Below are positions 9,722 to 19,022 of a stretch of 64,000 nt of DNA, piece by piece (the stretch's first letter is position 1; each line of letters begins with the position of its first letter). This DNA comes from an uncultured Pirellulales bacterium. GTDB taxonomy: Bacteria; Planctomycetota; Phycisphaerae; Sedimentisphaerales; Anaerobacaceae. The stretch is taken from the NCBI GenBank assembly GCA_964526785.1, contig CAZGMJ010000024.1, positions 4,731 through 68,730 of the forward strand, in the 5' to 3' direction. The notes beneath the pieces are model-generated. The model saw nothing but the letters and a program-made list of their open reading frames with translations, was not told the origin of the DNA and did not search any database. Position numbers and translations under genes: made by a program.

Positions 9722-11585
9722 GATTCACTCCCTTGGGGACGAATTCTTCCCAGAGGCCTTTTTCATCCACATCCAACAAACCCAAATCGCGCTGGAGTTC
9801 GAGTTCGGAGGTTCGATAATTGACAACGGCAGAGGTCAGGTCGTTTCGTGCCGAAAGCAGGGCATTCTGTGCCTCGAGCAGGAAGAATATTTCCGTTCTT
9901 CCGGCTTCGAGAAACAGTTCCGTACTCTCAAGCCGCCTCTCGGCCACTACGACCTGTTCAGCCTGGATGTTCAGGCTGATGCGCGATTCGAGCAGCGTTC
10001 GCAGCGCATTACGCACAGCCAGCTTAATCTGATCCTCCAATGCCTGAACGGTCCGCGTTGCGCGTTCCAGATCGATCAGGCTGTTTCTATATGCATTGCG
10101 TTCCTGCGTTCTTTCTAGTGGCAAATCCAGGGACAGCAGTCCTCGGTAGATACCGCCGAGATATCCGAATCCGGCCTCGGAATCGTCGTACTCGCGACTC
10201 AGCGAGCCGCCAATGGAGAGCCCCGGCTTGAAGTCGTCCGCCCTTACCACCACCTGGCGCTGGGCGTCAAAGACGCGTCCGACCGCGGTCCGCAAATCCA
10301 GTCGGTTTTCAAGTGCCAGCCGCATGGCCACCTCATCATCGATCTCGTAGGGACCGGCGTCTTCGTAGTCGGCGGGAATTAGTTGAACCGGAGCATCGGC
10401 CGATCTCGCCTCGCCGGAAGCGACGACCTGAGAGGCATCCCGCATTTCCTCCACCAATTCGGTCGCTCTCGAGCGCAACTGTGTCAGATCGTTCGGATCG
10501 AGCTTTACCAACGCATCGGTGGGAAGTCCTATGGACGTCTTGAAAGCGTCCAGGCCGCTCTTGTACTGTTCCTGAGTCGAAATCCACCGGTTCCTCGCGC
10601 TGAGACGCTGCTGCAGGGCCTGATCGACGTCAATCTCGGCGATTCGCCCCGCATCCGCCCGCCGGCGCGACCACCGATGCGAACGTATCGCACTGGCATA
10701 GTTCTCGCGGGCATTCGCCACCGAGTCCATCTGGCGAAGCACGCCATAATAACTGCGTGCGATAGACACCGCAAAGGTCCGTTTGAACCGCTCGAACTCA
10801 TAGATCGCATAGACGACATCTCTTTCCGCCTGTGTCAGCGGTTCGGTGACGATATGTCGACCTGCTCCTCTGAGCAGCGGAATTGTCACCGAAGCGTCGC
10901 TTGTCAGTCCCAGAGACGACGCCCCCCCCTGTGTCAACAAATTGAAGATATCGGTTGCCAGCGCCGCGCTGAGGTCGATACCATTCTTGAGTTTGCGGCT
11001 CACGCCCACATCGGCTCTGTTGGTCACATCGCTAACGGTTGTGTCGCCTTTGGTATTGGTTGTAAGCGTGCTGTCGCCGCCTCCGGAAAAGATGTTGCGA
11101 AAATCGTTGCGACGCAGATCGAGTGTCAAAGCACTTCGAAAGACGTCCTCTTTGCGGGACTGATAGTCATTACTGTTCCTCGCCCCGATCTGCAGCGCGT
11201 CAAGCAGAGAGATCTGCACCGCCTCATTTGGTTCAATCGGACCATCGATAATCTGCGAAGAAACCGCATAGGAATGATCCGCCTCGGGCCAATACTCAAT
11301 ATGCTTGAGTTTGTCCGTTCCCAATGACGCCGGATGTGCAATCGGCAGTCCCTGCTCAGCGATCAGGCGCCTGCGCAGAATATCGCTCGGACGGTCTATG
11401 TTCATCGGTTCGGTCTTATCGAGGGCTGCCTGCTGCTTCTCGGCAATAATCCCGTACGCCACTTTATCGGCATCCCGATGATACTCCTCGGGCGTGCGAC
11501 AACCGACTTGCAGCACTGCAGACAATAGTACTGCCATCACACAGCAGTACCGCAGTCGCTTTAATATAGATACGGGTTTCATCAT
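9708..11585 (-). CDS. TolC-family outer membrane efflux protein
   Basis: Two OEP-type repeats with long helical segments (LLDALQIGARNSNDYQSRKEDVFRS..., LRLALENRLDLRTAVGRVFDAQRQV...). Lipoprotein-like signal ...LQVGC when started at the MMKPVS methionines (11585/11582) rather than at 11627. Confidence 0.85.
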   Translation of the reverse strand: MMKPVSILKRLRYCCVMAVLLSAVLQVGCRTPEEYHRDADKVAYGIIAEKQQAALDKTEPMNIDRPSDILRRRLIAEQGLPIAHPASLGTDKLKHIEYWPEADHSYAVSSQIIDGPIEPNEAVQISLLDALQIGARNSNDYQSRKEDVFRSALTLDLRRNDFRNIFSGGGDSTLTTNTKGDTTVSDVTNRADVGVSRKLKNGIDLSAALATDIFNLLTQGGASSLGLTSDASVTIPLLRGAGRHIVTEPLTQAERDVVYAIYEFERFKRTFAVSIARSYYGVLRQMDSVANARENYASAIRSHRWSRRRADAGRIAEIDVDQALQQRLSARNRWISTQEQYKSGLDAFKTSIGLPTDALVKLDPNDLTQLRSRATELVEEMRDASQVVASGEARSADAPVQLIPADYEDAGPYEIDDEVAMRLALENRLDLRTAVGRVFDAQRQVVVRADDFKPGLSIGGSLSREYDDSEAGFGYLGGIYRGLLSLDLPLERTQERNAYRNSLIDLERATRTVQALEDQIKLAVRNALRTLLESRISLNIQAEQVVVAERRLESTELFLEAGRTEIFFLLEAQNALLSARNDLTSAVVNYRTSELELQRDLGLLDVDEKGLWEEFVPKGVNHVRQ

Positions 11586-12133
11586 GCCCGCATTTGCTCT
11601 GAGAGAGAGAATCAGACCGTCCAACACCTCTGTACCACCCTTTTCTTGCGAATTCGTGCATCCGACAATTGAACGCAGACGCCCCTTGCTACACGATCCT
11701 CAGGAACCATTCGCTCCGTGTCCCACAAGCCACCATCTACGGCATGTGCTGCCTGGGAGGCTGTTGCGGCAGCCGATCCACGTCCTCGCATGTAAGCCGA
11801 CACCAGTCGCCTGGCTGCGGTACTGATCTCACAGCCGCCCACAAAACACCGGACCGATCTCGGCTGCATGATCATTCTGCGAGAATGCCAATGGCTGCCT
11901 CGTAAAGTCCTTTATAACCGTATGTTATTATACCAAAACCGTTTTCATAAGCAAAGACGCAAAACCATGACCGGCTTATTGCAGAGAAATGGTTCTATAG
12001 AGAATTTCCCTGGTTTCGTTTACTTGACGCGGGACCTTTTCGATCCGCATCAGAGTGGGTGCCTGCGAATTCCGGGGTCAGAGTGTATCGTCCGAAAGGG
12101 TCGCAACCGGTCGGAAATTGTCCCGGAAATCTG

Positions 12134-12162
12134 TTGCAGTCCGGCTTCAAGACGTGTAAACT
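12134..12162 (+). promoter_or_regulatory. Candidate sigma70-type promoter for tRNA-Cys
   Basis: TTGCAG (12134-12139), 17-nt spacer, TAAACT (12157-12162), 14 nt before the tRNA 5' end. The match to consensus is only moderate. Confidence 0.3.
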
Positions 12163-12176
12163 ACCTTTTTGGTCGA

Positions 12177-12250
12177 GGCGGCGTAGCCAAGAGGCCTAAG
12201 GCGACGGTTTGCAAAACCGTTATTCGCCGGTTCGAATCCGGCCGCCGCCT
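12177..12250 (+). tRNA. tRNA-Cys (anticodon GCA)
   Basis: I folded the cloverleaf by hand. The 7-bp acceptor stem GGCGGCG/CGCCGCC is perfect. The anticodon stem ACGGT/ACCGT carries the loop TTGCAAA (anticodon GCA). The variable loop is 5 nt. The T arm is GCCGG-TTCGAAT-CCGGC. The discriminator is U73, as expected for tRNA-Cys. CCA is not encoded. Confidence 0.92.
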
Positions 12251-12381
12251 TTCTTCCTTTCCGAGGGAAATACCCGTAATCGCTTTTAGGAGTTCGGCTC
12301 TGTGTCCGCGCGATAACGAAGCACCGCACTGCCTCGCATCATTCGCCTCGTATGCTGCGACATCCTTGCCCCGGGGCGTTT

Positions 12382-13995
12382 CTATCTGGCCTTACTCTTA
12401 ATGGCTTCAAGCTGCTCTTCTGTCACGTTTGCACCGAGCCGCTTTGCTGCGTTGATGTGCTCCCAGGCCTGCCTGTACTGCCCTAGATTGTAGAGTCCCA
12501 CCGCCAGGCCGTAATGTGCGTCGGCAAGCTTTGGATTCAGCGCAACGGCCTCCCGATACGCGTCGGTCGCCTCCTCGTACAGTCCCTGATTGAAGTAGGC
12601 CGCCCCGATATTGTATCGGATCGAGGCATCGTCAGGCTGCACCCCCGCGGCTTTCTTGTACAATTCCAGCGCATCGTCATACTGTTTTTCCTGGAAGTAC
12701 ACATTTCCCAGATTCACCAGTGCCATCAGCACGTCGGGTTGGTACGAGAGAGCCGTGCGATAGGCCTCGATTTCCTCTTTCTGCATGCCGAGTTCGTTGT
12801 AACACTGGGCCAGGCCGCAGTGTGCCTGCACCATCGCAGGATTCAAATCCACCGCCTTTTGGTACTGGGCAACCGCCCGATCACAGTCGCCCATGCGCTG
12901 ATAGATATTGCCCATCTGGCCGAAACAGTCGGCATCATCCGGATGCCGCGAAACAACCTCCTTTAGAAGTGAAAGAGCTTGCCTGTATCGCTTCTGACTA
13001 CTATAGGCTCGCGCCAGGTTCTTTCGTGCATCGGGCAGCTCAGGATCCAGTTCGATTGCCGCCAGATACTCTGAGATCGCGTAGTTCGTCCAGCCTCGCT
13101 CGGTATATGCGTTGCCCAGATTATTGTGCGTTTTCGCCTCATTCGGATTGATCTCAAGGGCCTTCTCATACTGGTATATGGCGTCGGCGATACGTCCGGC
13201 CCGCAAATAGGCGTTGCCCAGACTTGACCGCGATTCGGACAACACGGGATTGAGTTCCACAGCCAGCAGCAACGTCTCGAGGGCGTAGTCGTTATTCCCA
13301 ACGTCGCTGTACACAATCCCCAGATTATTGAAGAAGCACCCCAGCGTCTGGATCTTATCGAGGTTCTTCATATAGATACCATCGCGACGGCCGGGAGGAA
13401 CATTGTATTTCTCAATGTAGTAGTCATCCGATGGGGTGGAACCCCCTGCCACCGTTTCGACGTTGATGCGAGACCGGCCGTCATCATATCGGACGAAGAA
13501 ATGCCCAGGTACCACCACCCCGTGTACAGGCATCCCGAGGCGCTCTCCGATCGAGAGGTACAGCACCGACAAACTCAAGCAATACCCCCTTCGCTTATCG
13601 AGGACGGTATGCAGAAACAGGTCGTTCGGATCGTCCACTTCGCTGACAGCTCGAAAACCAAGTTCCCGGAACAAATAATTGTTGATGATTGGAATGGCTC
13701 GGAAATTCGGGCGCAGCTTTGCCTCTCGCAATCTGGCCTGGATCTCGGAGGCCATATCGTCGAGTTCATCGAGGCACCGCCGGCCGTATACTATATCGCT
13801 CCACCGTTCCGATATGATCAATGCTGCTGTCGCAAGATCCACTTCGCTGGGACGAAGCCGCAGAACCTGACGCATAGACTGCACACGAAGGCCGGGACTG
13901 TTGGCGTTGGCAAGACGCCCGTGAGCACCCGACGCCGCCGGTCCGGCAAGGATCGCAATCGACAAAACTGATGCCAGAAGATAGCTTTTCTTCAT
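12382..13995 (-). CDS. Secreted transglutaminase-like (Cys-His-Asp fold) protein fused to a TPR array
   Basis: Signal peptide. Transglutaminase-like core (RRGYCLSLSVLYLSIGERLGMPVHGVVVPGHFFVRY). At least 8 TPR units with the A..Y..AL...P motif. Confidence 0.85.
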   Translation of the reverse strand: MKKSYLLASVLSIAILAGPAASGAHGRLANANSPGLRVQSMRQVLRLRPSEVDLATAALIISERWSDIVYGRRCLDELDDMASEIQARLREAKLRPNFRAIPIINNYLFRELGFRAVSEVDDPNDLFLHTVLDKRRGYCLSLSVLYLSIGERLGMPVHGVVVPGHFFVRYDDGRSRINVETVAGGSTPSDDYYIEKYNVPPGRRDGIYMKNLDKIQTLGCFFNNLGIVYSDVGNNDYALETLLLAVELNPVLSESRSSLGNAYLRAGRIADAIYQYEKALEINPNEAKTHNNLGNAYTERGWTNYAISEYLAAIELDPELPDARKNLARAYSSQKRYRQALSLLKEVVSRHPDDADCFGQMGNIYQRMGDCDRAVAQYQKAVDLNPAMVQAHCGLAQCYNELGMQKEEIEAYRTALSYQPDVLMALVNLGNVYFQEKQYDDALELYKKAAGVQPDDASIRYNIGAAYFNQGLYEEATDAYREAVALNPKLADAHYGLAVGLYNLGQYRQAWEHINAAKRLGANVTEEQLEAIKSKAR

Positions 13996-14222
13996 AGTTC
14001 GATCCCTGCCCGATATGCCCGGCGCCGCAGCAATGGCCCATACGCATCCGCCGCTATTCTAAGTCTTGTCATAACCTTGGTTTATCGTCCATTTCGCCGG
14101 TTCACTTTGCCTTATCCGCAATACAAGCCCGAAAAGCAGTGCACACGCTCCGGCAAGTATTGTACAATCTATGCTCGTCGTAAAGCCGATGCAACGCGAA
14201 ACCTGTTATTTGGAGGCGCACA

Positions 14223-15110
14223 ATGTCATTGCAGCGCACAACGAAAACTACCGGTCCATACAGCTACATGTTCGGTCAGATCTCCGCTATGCTCATCATA
14301 GCCCTGGTCATGTTATTCCTGTCGTCCTGCCGGACCGGCCAGACAACCGAAACACATCAGGACCAGGGACCTGAGGCCTTAGCCGTGCAGGAAATCGAAC
14401 AAGCGGAGCACATGATGGACGAAGAGCCCGCAGAAGATGGTCCAGAGGCCGACGATCAGTCCGAGCAGGGGATGGAAGAGAGGCCTAAGGAATCTCAACA
14501 AGAGTCCGAACCAAGTATCATAGCGCTGTTTGCCGGCAAATCGCTGGATAAATGGCAGGTCGTCGACTTCGGCGGTCAGGGCAATGTGGCAATACGCGAC
14601 GGTGCGATGCACCTCGAGCAGGGCAACGATATGACCGGTGTCAGATGGACCGGACCGCTTGTACGTACGGATTATGAAATCACGCTCGAGGCCATGCGGG
14701 TGAACGGCTCGGATTTCTTCTGTGCTTTGACGTTCCCCGTCGACGCCAACGCCTGCTCACTCGTGCTGGGCGGCTGGGGCGGCTCGATTTGCGGCATTTC
14801 AAACATCGACTACTATGACGCGGCTAATAACCAGACGACCGCCTTCCGCACGTTCGAGAATGGACAATGGTACGACGTCCGCGTCGTCGTGCGACCGCAC
14901 CGAATCAAGGCATGGGTGGATGAAGAGGAATTGGTTGATGTGGTCATTGTAGGCCGTAACATCGATACGCGATTCGAGGTCGATCCGTGCAAGCCGCTCG
15001 GACTCGCAACATGGCAGACGCATGGAGCCGCCCGAAATATCTGGATGCGCAAACTCCCCCCACTTCCGAAGGAACAGATCGAAGCCGAATCCGAAGACGC
15101 CATGTGGTAA
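14223..15110 (+). CDS. Lipoprotein with acidic linker and DUF1080-like (3-keto-disaccharide hydrolase family) beta-sandwich
   Basis: Lipobox LFLSSC; an alternative start MFGQIS lies at 14268. E/D/Q-rich linker. LFAGKSLDKWQVVDFGG...DYEITLEAMRV...NIWMRKL resembles the DUF1080 jelly roll. Confidence 0.75.
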   Translation: MSLQRTTKTTGPYSYMFGQISAMLIIALVMLFLSSCRTGQTTETHQDQGPEALAVQEIEQAEHMMDEEPAEDGPEADDQSEQGMEERPKESQQESEPSIIALFAGKSLDKWQVVDFGGQGNVAIRDGAMHLEQGNDMTGVRWTGPLVRTDYEITLEAMRVNGSDFFCALTFPVDANACSLVLGGWGGSICGISNIDYYDAANNQTTAFRTFENGQWYDVRVVVRPHRIKAWVDEEELVDVVIVGRNIDTRFEVDPCKPLGLATWQTHGAARNIWMRKLPPLPKEQIEAESEDAMW

Positions 15111-15212
15111 TCGTGTCGAATGGATTGGCGCCGACAACGGTTACGGCTGATGATTGCCAAAAGACACTTACAGCACAGTCGTAGTGCGGCGATCCTGCTA
15201 CTAAGGGCGGTC

Positions 15213-16634
15213 TCACACGTGGCCGTCCTCAATTGGTACTGCCGGCGGTTCGCCCTTGAATAAATCGATGGCCATCCAACGATTCGTTTTGAAGCGCCAG
15301 CGATTTGCCAGGCCCACTGCTGTCACACTTGCGGCCGCGGCAATCCAGGGCCCCAGGGCACCCAGTGAAGGCACCAGTCGGACCAGCACCGACCCACCAA
15401 TACCCAGGACGAGCAGCGTCCCGCATGCAGAGACTCCCGCAATCCAGATCGTATCGCCTGCTCCGCGCAGCGCACCGGTATAGATAACGCGAACGGCATG
15501 GAAACCCTGGTAGATCGCCGCACAAATGAGGATACGGGCACCTATCGCCACGACCCTCGGATCATCCGACCAGAAAGCCATCAGGCGATCGCGGAAAACG
15601 AAAAAGCAAATACCGACAAAACCCATATACGCAATCGCTATCCGCAGGCAAATTCGCGTCTGTTTGATTGCCTGGTCCTTTCGGTTGGCTCCGATGGCCT
15701 TGCCGACAGCCGCCGTCAGGGCCATCGACACACCCACAATCGGCATCACCGACAGGTTCGTATAGGACAATACGGCACTGGTTGCTGCCAGCGCCTGCTC
15801 CCCGAAGCGCCCGACAAGGCTGGCCAGCACCACTCCCCACAGCGCCACATTTACCATCAGCCCGAAGCCTGCCGGCAAACCGACGCGCAAGAGGTTCAGC
15901 ATCCGGCGCAGATTCACTCGGGCAATATGCCTGCTATTGTATGCTCGCGCCATCGGCGGACTAAGGTATATGCACATATTGATGACGGCCGCCACGCTGA
16001 TACCCACAAATGTCCCCCATGCAGCGCCGGCCACTTCCAGCCTGGGAAAGCCGAACTTGCCGAAAATCAGAACGTAATTGGCGAAGATATTGGCGGCCTG
16101 GCCGCATAAGGACGCGAACATGGTGACGATCGGTCGGTGTATGCCCATGAAGAACTGATTGCTCGACCAGTTCACGACTGCCACGATGTGGGCATATAGC
16201 AGAATGCGCAGATAGATCACTTCCAAATCGACAATTGCCTCGGGCTGGCCCATGAAGCGGAAGATACGAGGAGCATTCGGATTGAGTACCAGCACCACCA
16301 GCACGCAATACGCCAACGCCATGTAGATGGTCTGCCAGAAGTAGTTCGCGCACTCCTCCTTCCGCCCCCTGCCCAGACTCTGGCTGACAAAGGTGTTCAG
16401 ACTCGCCATTGCCCCCAGAGCAAATCCCCCGGGCACAAAGGCCAGAAACCCCGCCGGCAGTACCGCCGCCAGCGCCTCATCGCCGAGTCGTGACACCATG
16501 AAGCGATCGATAAACTGCATAACCGTGAAAGACACGGTCGATACGATCATCGGCGCAGAAAGCTTCAGCATGTAGCCAAGCGAAGTTTGATCGTGTGGAT
16601 CGCGCAATTGCGAACCCGGGGATGACAACGACAT
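15213..16634 (-). CDS. MATE-family efflux transporter
   Basis: About 12 predicted TM helices. MATE-like N-terminus (LKLSAPMIVSTVSFTVMQFIDRFMVSRLGDEALAA). The start ATG shares one base with the upstream TAA (TAATG). Confidence 0.88.
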   Translation of the reverse strand: MSLSSPGSQLRDPHDQTSLGYMLKLSAPMIVSTVSFTVMQFIDRFMVSRLGDEALAAVLPAGFLAFVPGGFALGAMASLNTFVSQSLGRGRKEECANYFWQTIYMALAYCVLVVLVLNPNAPRIFRFMGQPEAIVDLEVIYLRILLYAHIVAVVNWSSNQFFMGIHRPIVTMFASLCGQAANIFANYVLIFGKFGFPRLEVAGAAWGTFVGISVAAVINMCIYLSPPMARAYNSRHIARVNLRRMLNLLRVGLPAGFGLMVNVALWGVVLASLVGRFGEQALAATSAVLSYTNLSVMPIVGVSMALTAAVGKAIGANRKDQAIKQTRICLRIAIAYMGFVGICFFVFRDRLMAFWSDDPRVVAIGARILICAAIYQGFHAVRVIYTGALRGAGDTIWIAGVSACGTLLVLGIGGSVLVRLVPSLGALGPWIAAAASVTAVGLANRWRFKTNRWMAIDLFKGEPPAVPIEDGHV

Positions 16635-16948
16635 TAAGAGTCCTCCCCCCGTCCGTCCAATTGCAGCCTCCCAAGCAGCATTCGCCGAGAAACGCCTCGG
16701 ACCTCGACCCGTTTAACAGGTGACGTGTGTCCCGAAACCACGCAGACTTGTTGCTTGCGAATTCCAAGCACCCCGGCCAGATGCTCGCATAGGCATTTGT
16801 TCGCCTTCCCTTTCTCGGGAGGAGCAGTAACTCGCACTTTAAGCGCCTCTCCATGCAACCCGCTCAGCGCAGTGTGACTCGCCCCGGGAACTACCTTCAC
16901 CGGGAATGTCACACCTTCGGAACTCTCTTCTGTTTTCAATTTCGCCAT
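16634..16948 (-). CDS. DUF167 (YggU-like) protein
   Basis: VKVVPGASHTALSG...LKVRVTAPPEKGKANKCLCEHLAGVLGIRKQQV.VVSGHTSPVKRVEV matches the DUF167 pattern. Confidence 0.8.
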   Translation of the reverse strand: MAKLKTEESSEGVTFPVKVVPGASHTALSGLHGEALKVRVTAPPEKGKANKCLCEHLAGVLGIRKQQVCVVSGHTSPVKRVEVRGVSRRMLLGRLQLDGRGEDS

Positions 16949-16995
16949 TATCCCCCGTTGGCGCCGATTCGGCTGGATGGGTCGCTCGGCAATGC

Positions 16996-17292
16996 CTATA
17001 TTTCCCGCAGGTTCGTTCCCAAAGCCATCTGCACATACTTCTCAATCTGCTCCGCCAGTTCACCGAGCGATTCGAGCTGAAAATCCTCATACCCGCCCTG
17101 AATCAAATCACCGTCCATAGCCCGCTTTCCTATGCGCACACGAATCGTAGGCGGCTCTGTCTGTCCGCGGCTGAAATCGCTGTTCTTATGTTCGGTCAAC
17201 TCCACGCGCCAGTCTTCGCTGATAAAGACCAGGCATTTGCCCGTATAAACGGCTGTCGGGAAGTAATCGCGCAGTAACTTGAGCGTTTCCAT
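16996..17292 (-). CDS. Hypothetical protein (98 aa)
   Basis: Clean ORF with balanced composition, co-directional with and 47 nt upstream of the DUF167 gene. I recognise no motif. Confidence 0.5.
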   Translation of the reverse strand: METLKLLRDYFPTAVYTGKCLVFISEDWRVELTEHKNSDFSRGQTEPPTIRVRIGKRAMDGDLIQGGYEDFQLESLGELAEQIEKYVQMALGTNLREI

Positions 17293-17422
17293 AACTCGAA
17301 TCCATTCCGGGCCGTTCGTTCCAGGAACCTGCCCACTGATACGCTGCCATCAAACGCGTGATTCTACCAGAAACCGCGATGTGAGTCATGTGGTTGTTCG
17401 CAGCAGTGTGCGACGTCGGCCG

Positions 17423-18973
17423 TTACTGCTGCATCCGCGGAGCGAGTTTGAGCCAGGCCTGCATCGTCTGACGAAGATTCTCATAGGAACTTCCGCCGAT
17501 ACCGTAGCCCTGGAAGGCAAGGGGACCGTTATAGCCGCAATCACCAAGCACTTCCAGAAAAGCCCCGACGTCATAAGTACCCCGGCCGAGAGGCTGTATG
17601 AGTTGCTCCCAATTGTTGCCGCCCTTGTCGGCCCCGTTAATGCTTACCACGAACAAGTGTGGCATCGCCAGTTCGATCAGCGAACGCAGATCATGGTCGC
17701 TGCCCACCTTCAGATAGTGGCACAGGTTGAACGTGACACCCACGTTCCTCAGTTGTTCCTTTTCCGCGCGTGCATCTTCCTTCATCTGCTTCACGATCCG
17801 TACGGCATCCTCCACCGTCTGAACCAGAAAACCCGTGTGCGGATACAAAGCAACGCGTACGCCCTTCGTCTCGGCCTTTTCCGCAATCTCGCCAATGATC
17901 TCTTTGACGCAATCGTCACCGTCCGTCGACGACGCCTTTAACGTATTGCTGCGTACGTTCAGCCAAAGGATCGTATTGCGTCCCTCAAAGGCATCGATCG
18001 CATTAGTGAGCATGGGATCGTACTTCTGGTCCGCATCGATATTGACTCCAACATATGTGGTGTACAGGCGCAGGTCGTGTTCATCCAGCTCCGCCAGCAG
18101 TGCGTTCATTCCCTGGCACCCCGATGCACCGAATCCGGCGTACCCCAAATCGTCGAGCACACGAGCCATCTTTTCCGGCGTGTCGTATTTGCCGTCTCTA
18201 AGGGCCGTATCCATCGCATAAAAGGGCAACGGCCCGGCCGGTTCGATCCAGACGTTGCGATACGCCACCGGCCCGTGATCACCCTGGAGCATCAGCGGCC
18301 CGAGCGGTTGCTCATCGTTGTAGGCGCTGGCTCGCGTTGGTCCGGAGACTTCGACATCGGCATGCACAAACACGCCGTTATGCACCACCTTCTCGAATCG
18401 CGCATTCGACAGCTTATTGCCGTTCGCATCGAACCGCGGAGCGCGAAAGACAACGTCAAACGTCTGCCACTGCCCCGGCTCTCTTGCAGCATTTGTCCGT
18501 GGCGGACGCCCTTCATACCCCTGAGGCTTTCGATCGTTATCCCAGCGCTGGTATATACCCCCGCAATCGCCATGCTTGAGTCTTTCGTCAGGCACTGCCC
18601 AACTGTCCAGAACCTGAATCTCGTAGCGGCCCTGAAAATACACCCCTGAGTTCGAGCCTTTGGGCACCATGAATTCCACGTGGGCCCGAACGTCTCCGAA
18701 TTCCACCTGGCTGAACAGATGCTTCGTCCTGCCGGTTGGACCATTGAGCACCGTGCCGACGCCGGGCGTACTGCTGAGGAGCTTTTCATTCTGAGGATTA
18801 ACAAAGACGTCCCCTACCACCTGCCATTGGCCTGTATCGCCCCGCCATGGAGACAGGTCGTATCCCGTCAGATAGACGCGCCCATTGAGTTGCTCCGCTG
18901 CCAACATGCTCCCGGTTGTAGACACGATGACAATCGCTGCAACGAGCCACATTCTTTGTGTTGAGAGTCTCAT
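17423..18973 (-). CDS. Secreted fusion protein: DUF1080 (3-keto-disaccharide hydrolase family) + xylose-isomerase-like TIM barrel (sugar phosphate isomerase/epimerase family)
   Basis: Signal peptide. DUF1080 hallmarks (FGDVRAHVEFMVPKGSNSGVYFQGRYEIQVLD ... LMLQGDHGPVAYRNVWI). The C-terminal half shows TIM-barrel features (VALYPHTGFLVQTVEDAV..., VTFNLCHYLKVG..., LFVVSINGAD). Confidence 0.85.
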   Translation of the reverse strand: MRLSTQRMWLVAAIVIVSTTGSMLAAEQLNGRVYLTGYDLSPWRGDTGQWQVVGDVFVNPQNEKLLSSTPGVGTVLNGPTGRTKHLFSQVEFGDVRAHVEFMVPKGSNSGVYFQGRYEIQVLDSWAVPDERLKHGDCGGIYQRWDNDRKPQGYEGRPPRTNAAREPGQWQTFDVVFRAPRFDANGNKLSNARFEKVVHNGVFVHADVEVSGPTRASAYNDEQPLGPLMLQGDHGPVAYRNVWIEPAGPLPFYAMDTALRDGKYDTPEKMARVLDDLGYAGFGASGCQGMNALLAELDEHDLRLYTTYVGVNIDADQKYDPMLTNAIDAFEGRNTILWLNVRSNTLKASSTDGDDCVKEIIGEIAEKAETKGVRVALYPHTGFLVQTVEDAVRIVKQMKEDARAEKEQLRNVGVTFNLCHYLKVGSDHDLRSLIELAMPHLFVVSINGADKGGNNWEQLIQPLGRGTYDVGAFLEVLGDCGYNGPLAFQGYGIGGSSYENLRQTMQAWLKLAPRMQQ

Positions 18974-19022
18974 ATGCTACCTTCCTTCTGTATAATCATT
19001 GGTCGCCGGGGCCATGCTGTTC

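Noticed and set aside
10383-11327. 314-aa plus-strand ORF antisense to the TolC-like gene
   Set aside because: It is an antisense shadow ORF with no motifs.
11868-12401. 177-aa plus-strand ORF and 60-aa minus-strand ORF covering the tRNA-Cys locus
   Set aside because: They read straight through a perfectly folding tRNA gene and its flanks, so they are spurious.
12177-14000. tRNA-Cys as an integration site for a genomic island
   Set aside because: No integrase, no phage or transposon genes, and no direct repeat of the tRNA 3' end are visible downstream. The next gene is an ordinary TPR/transglutaminase protein.
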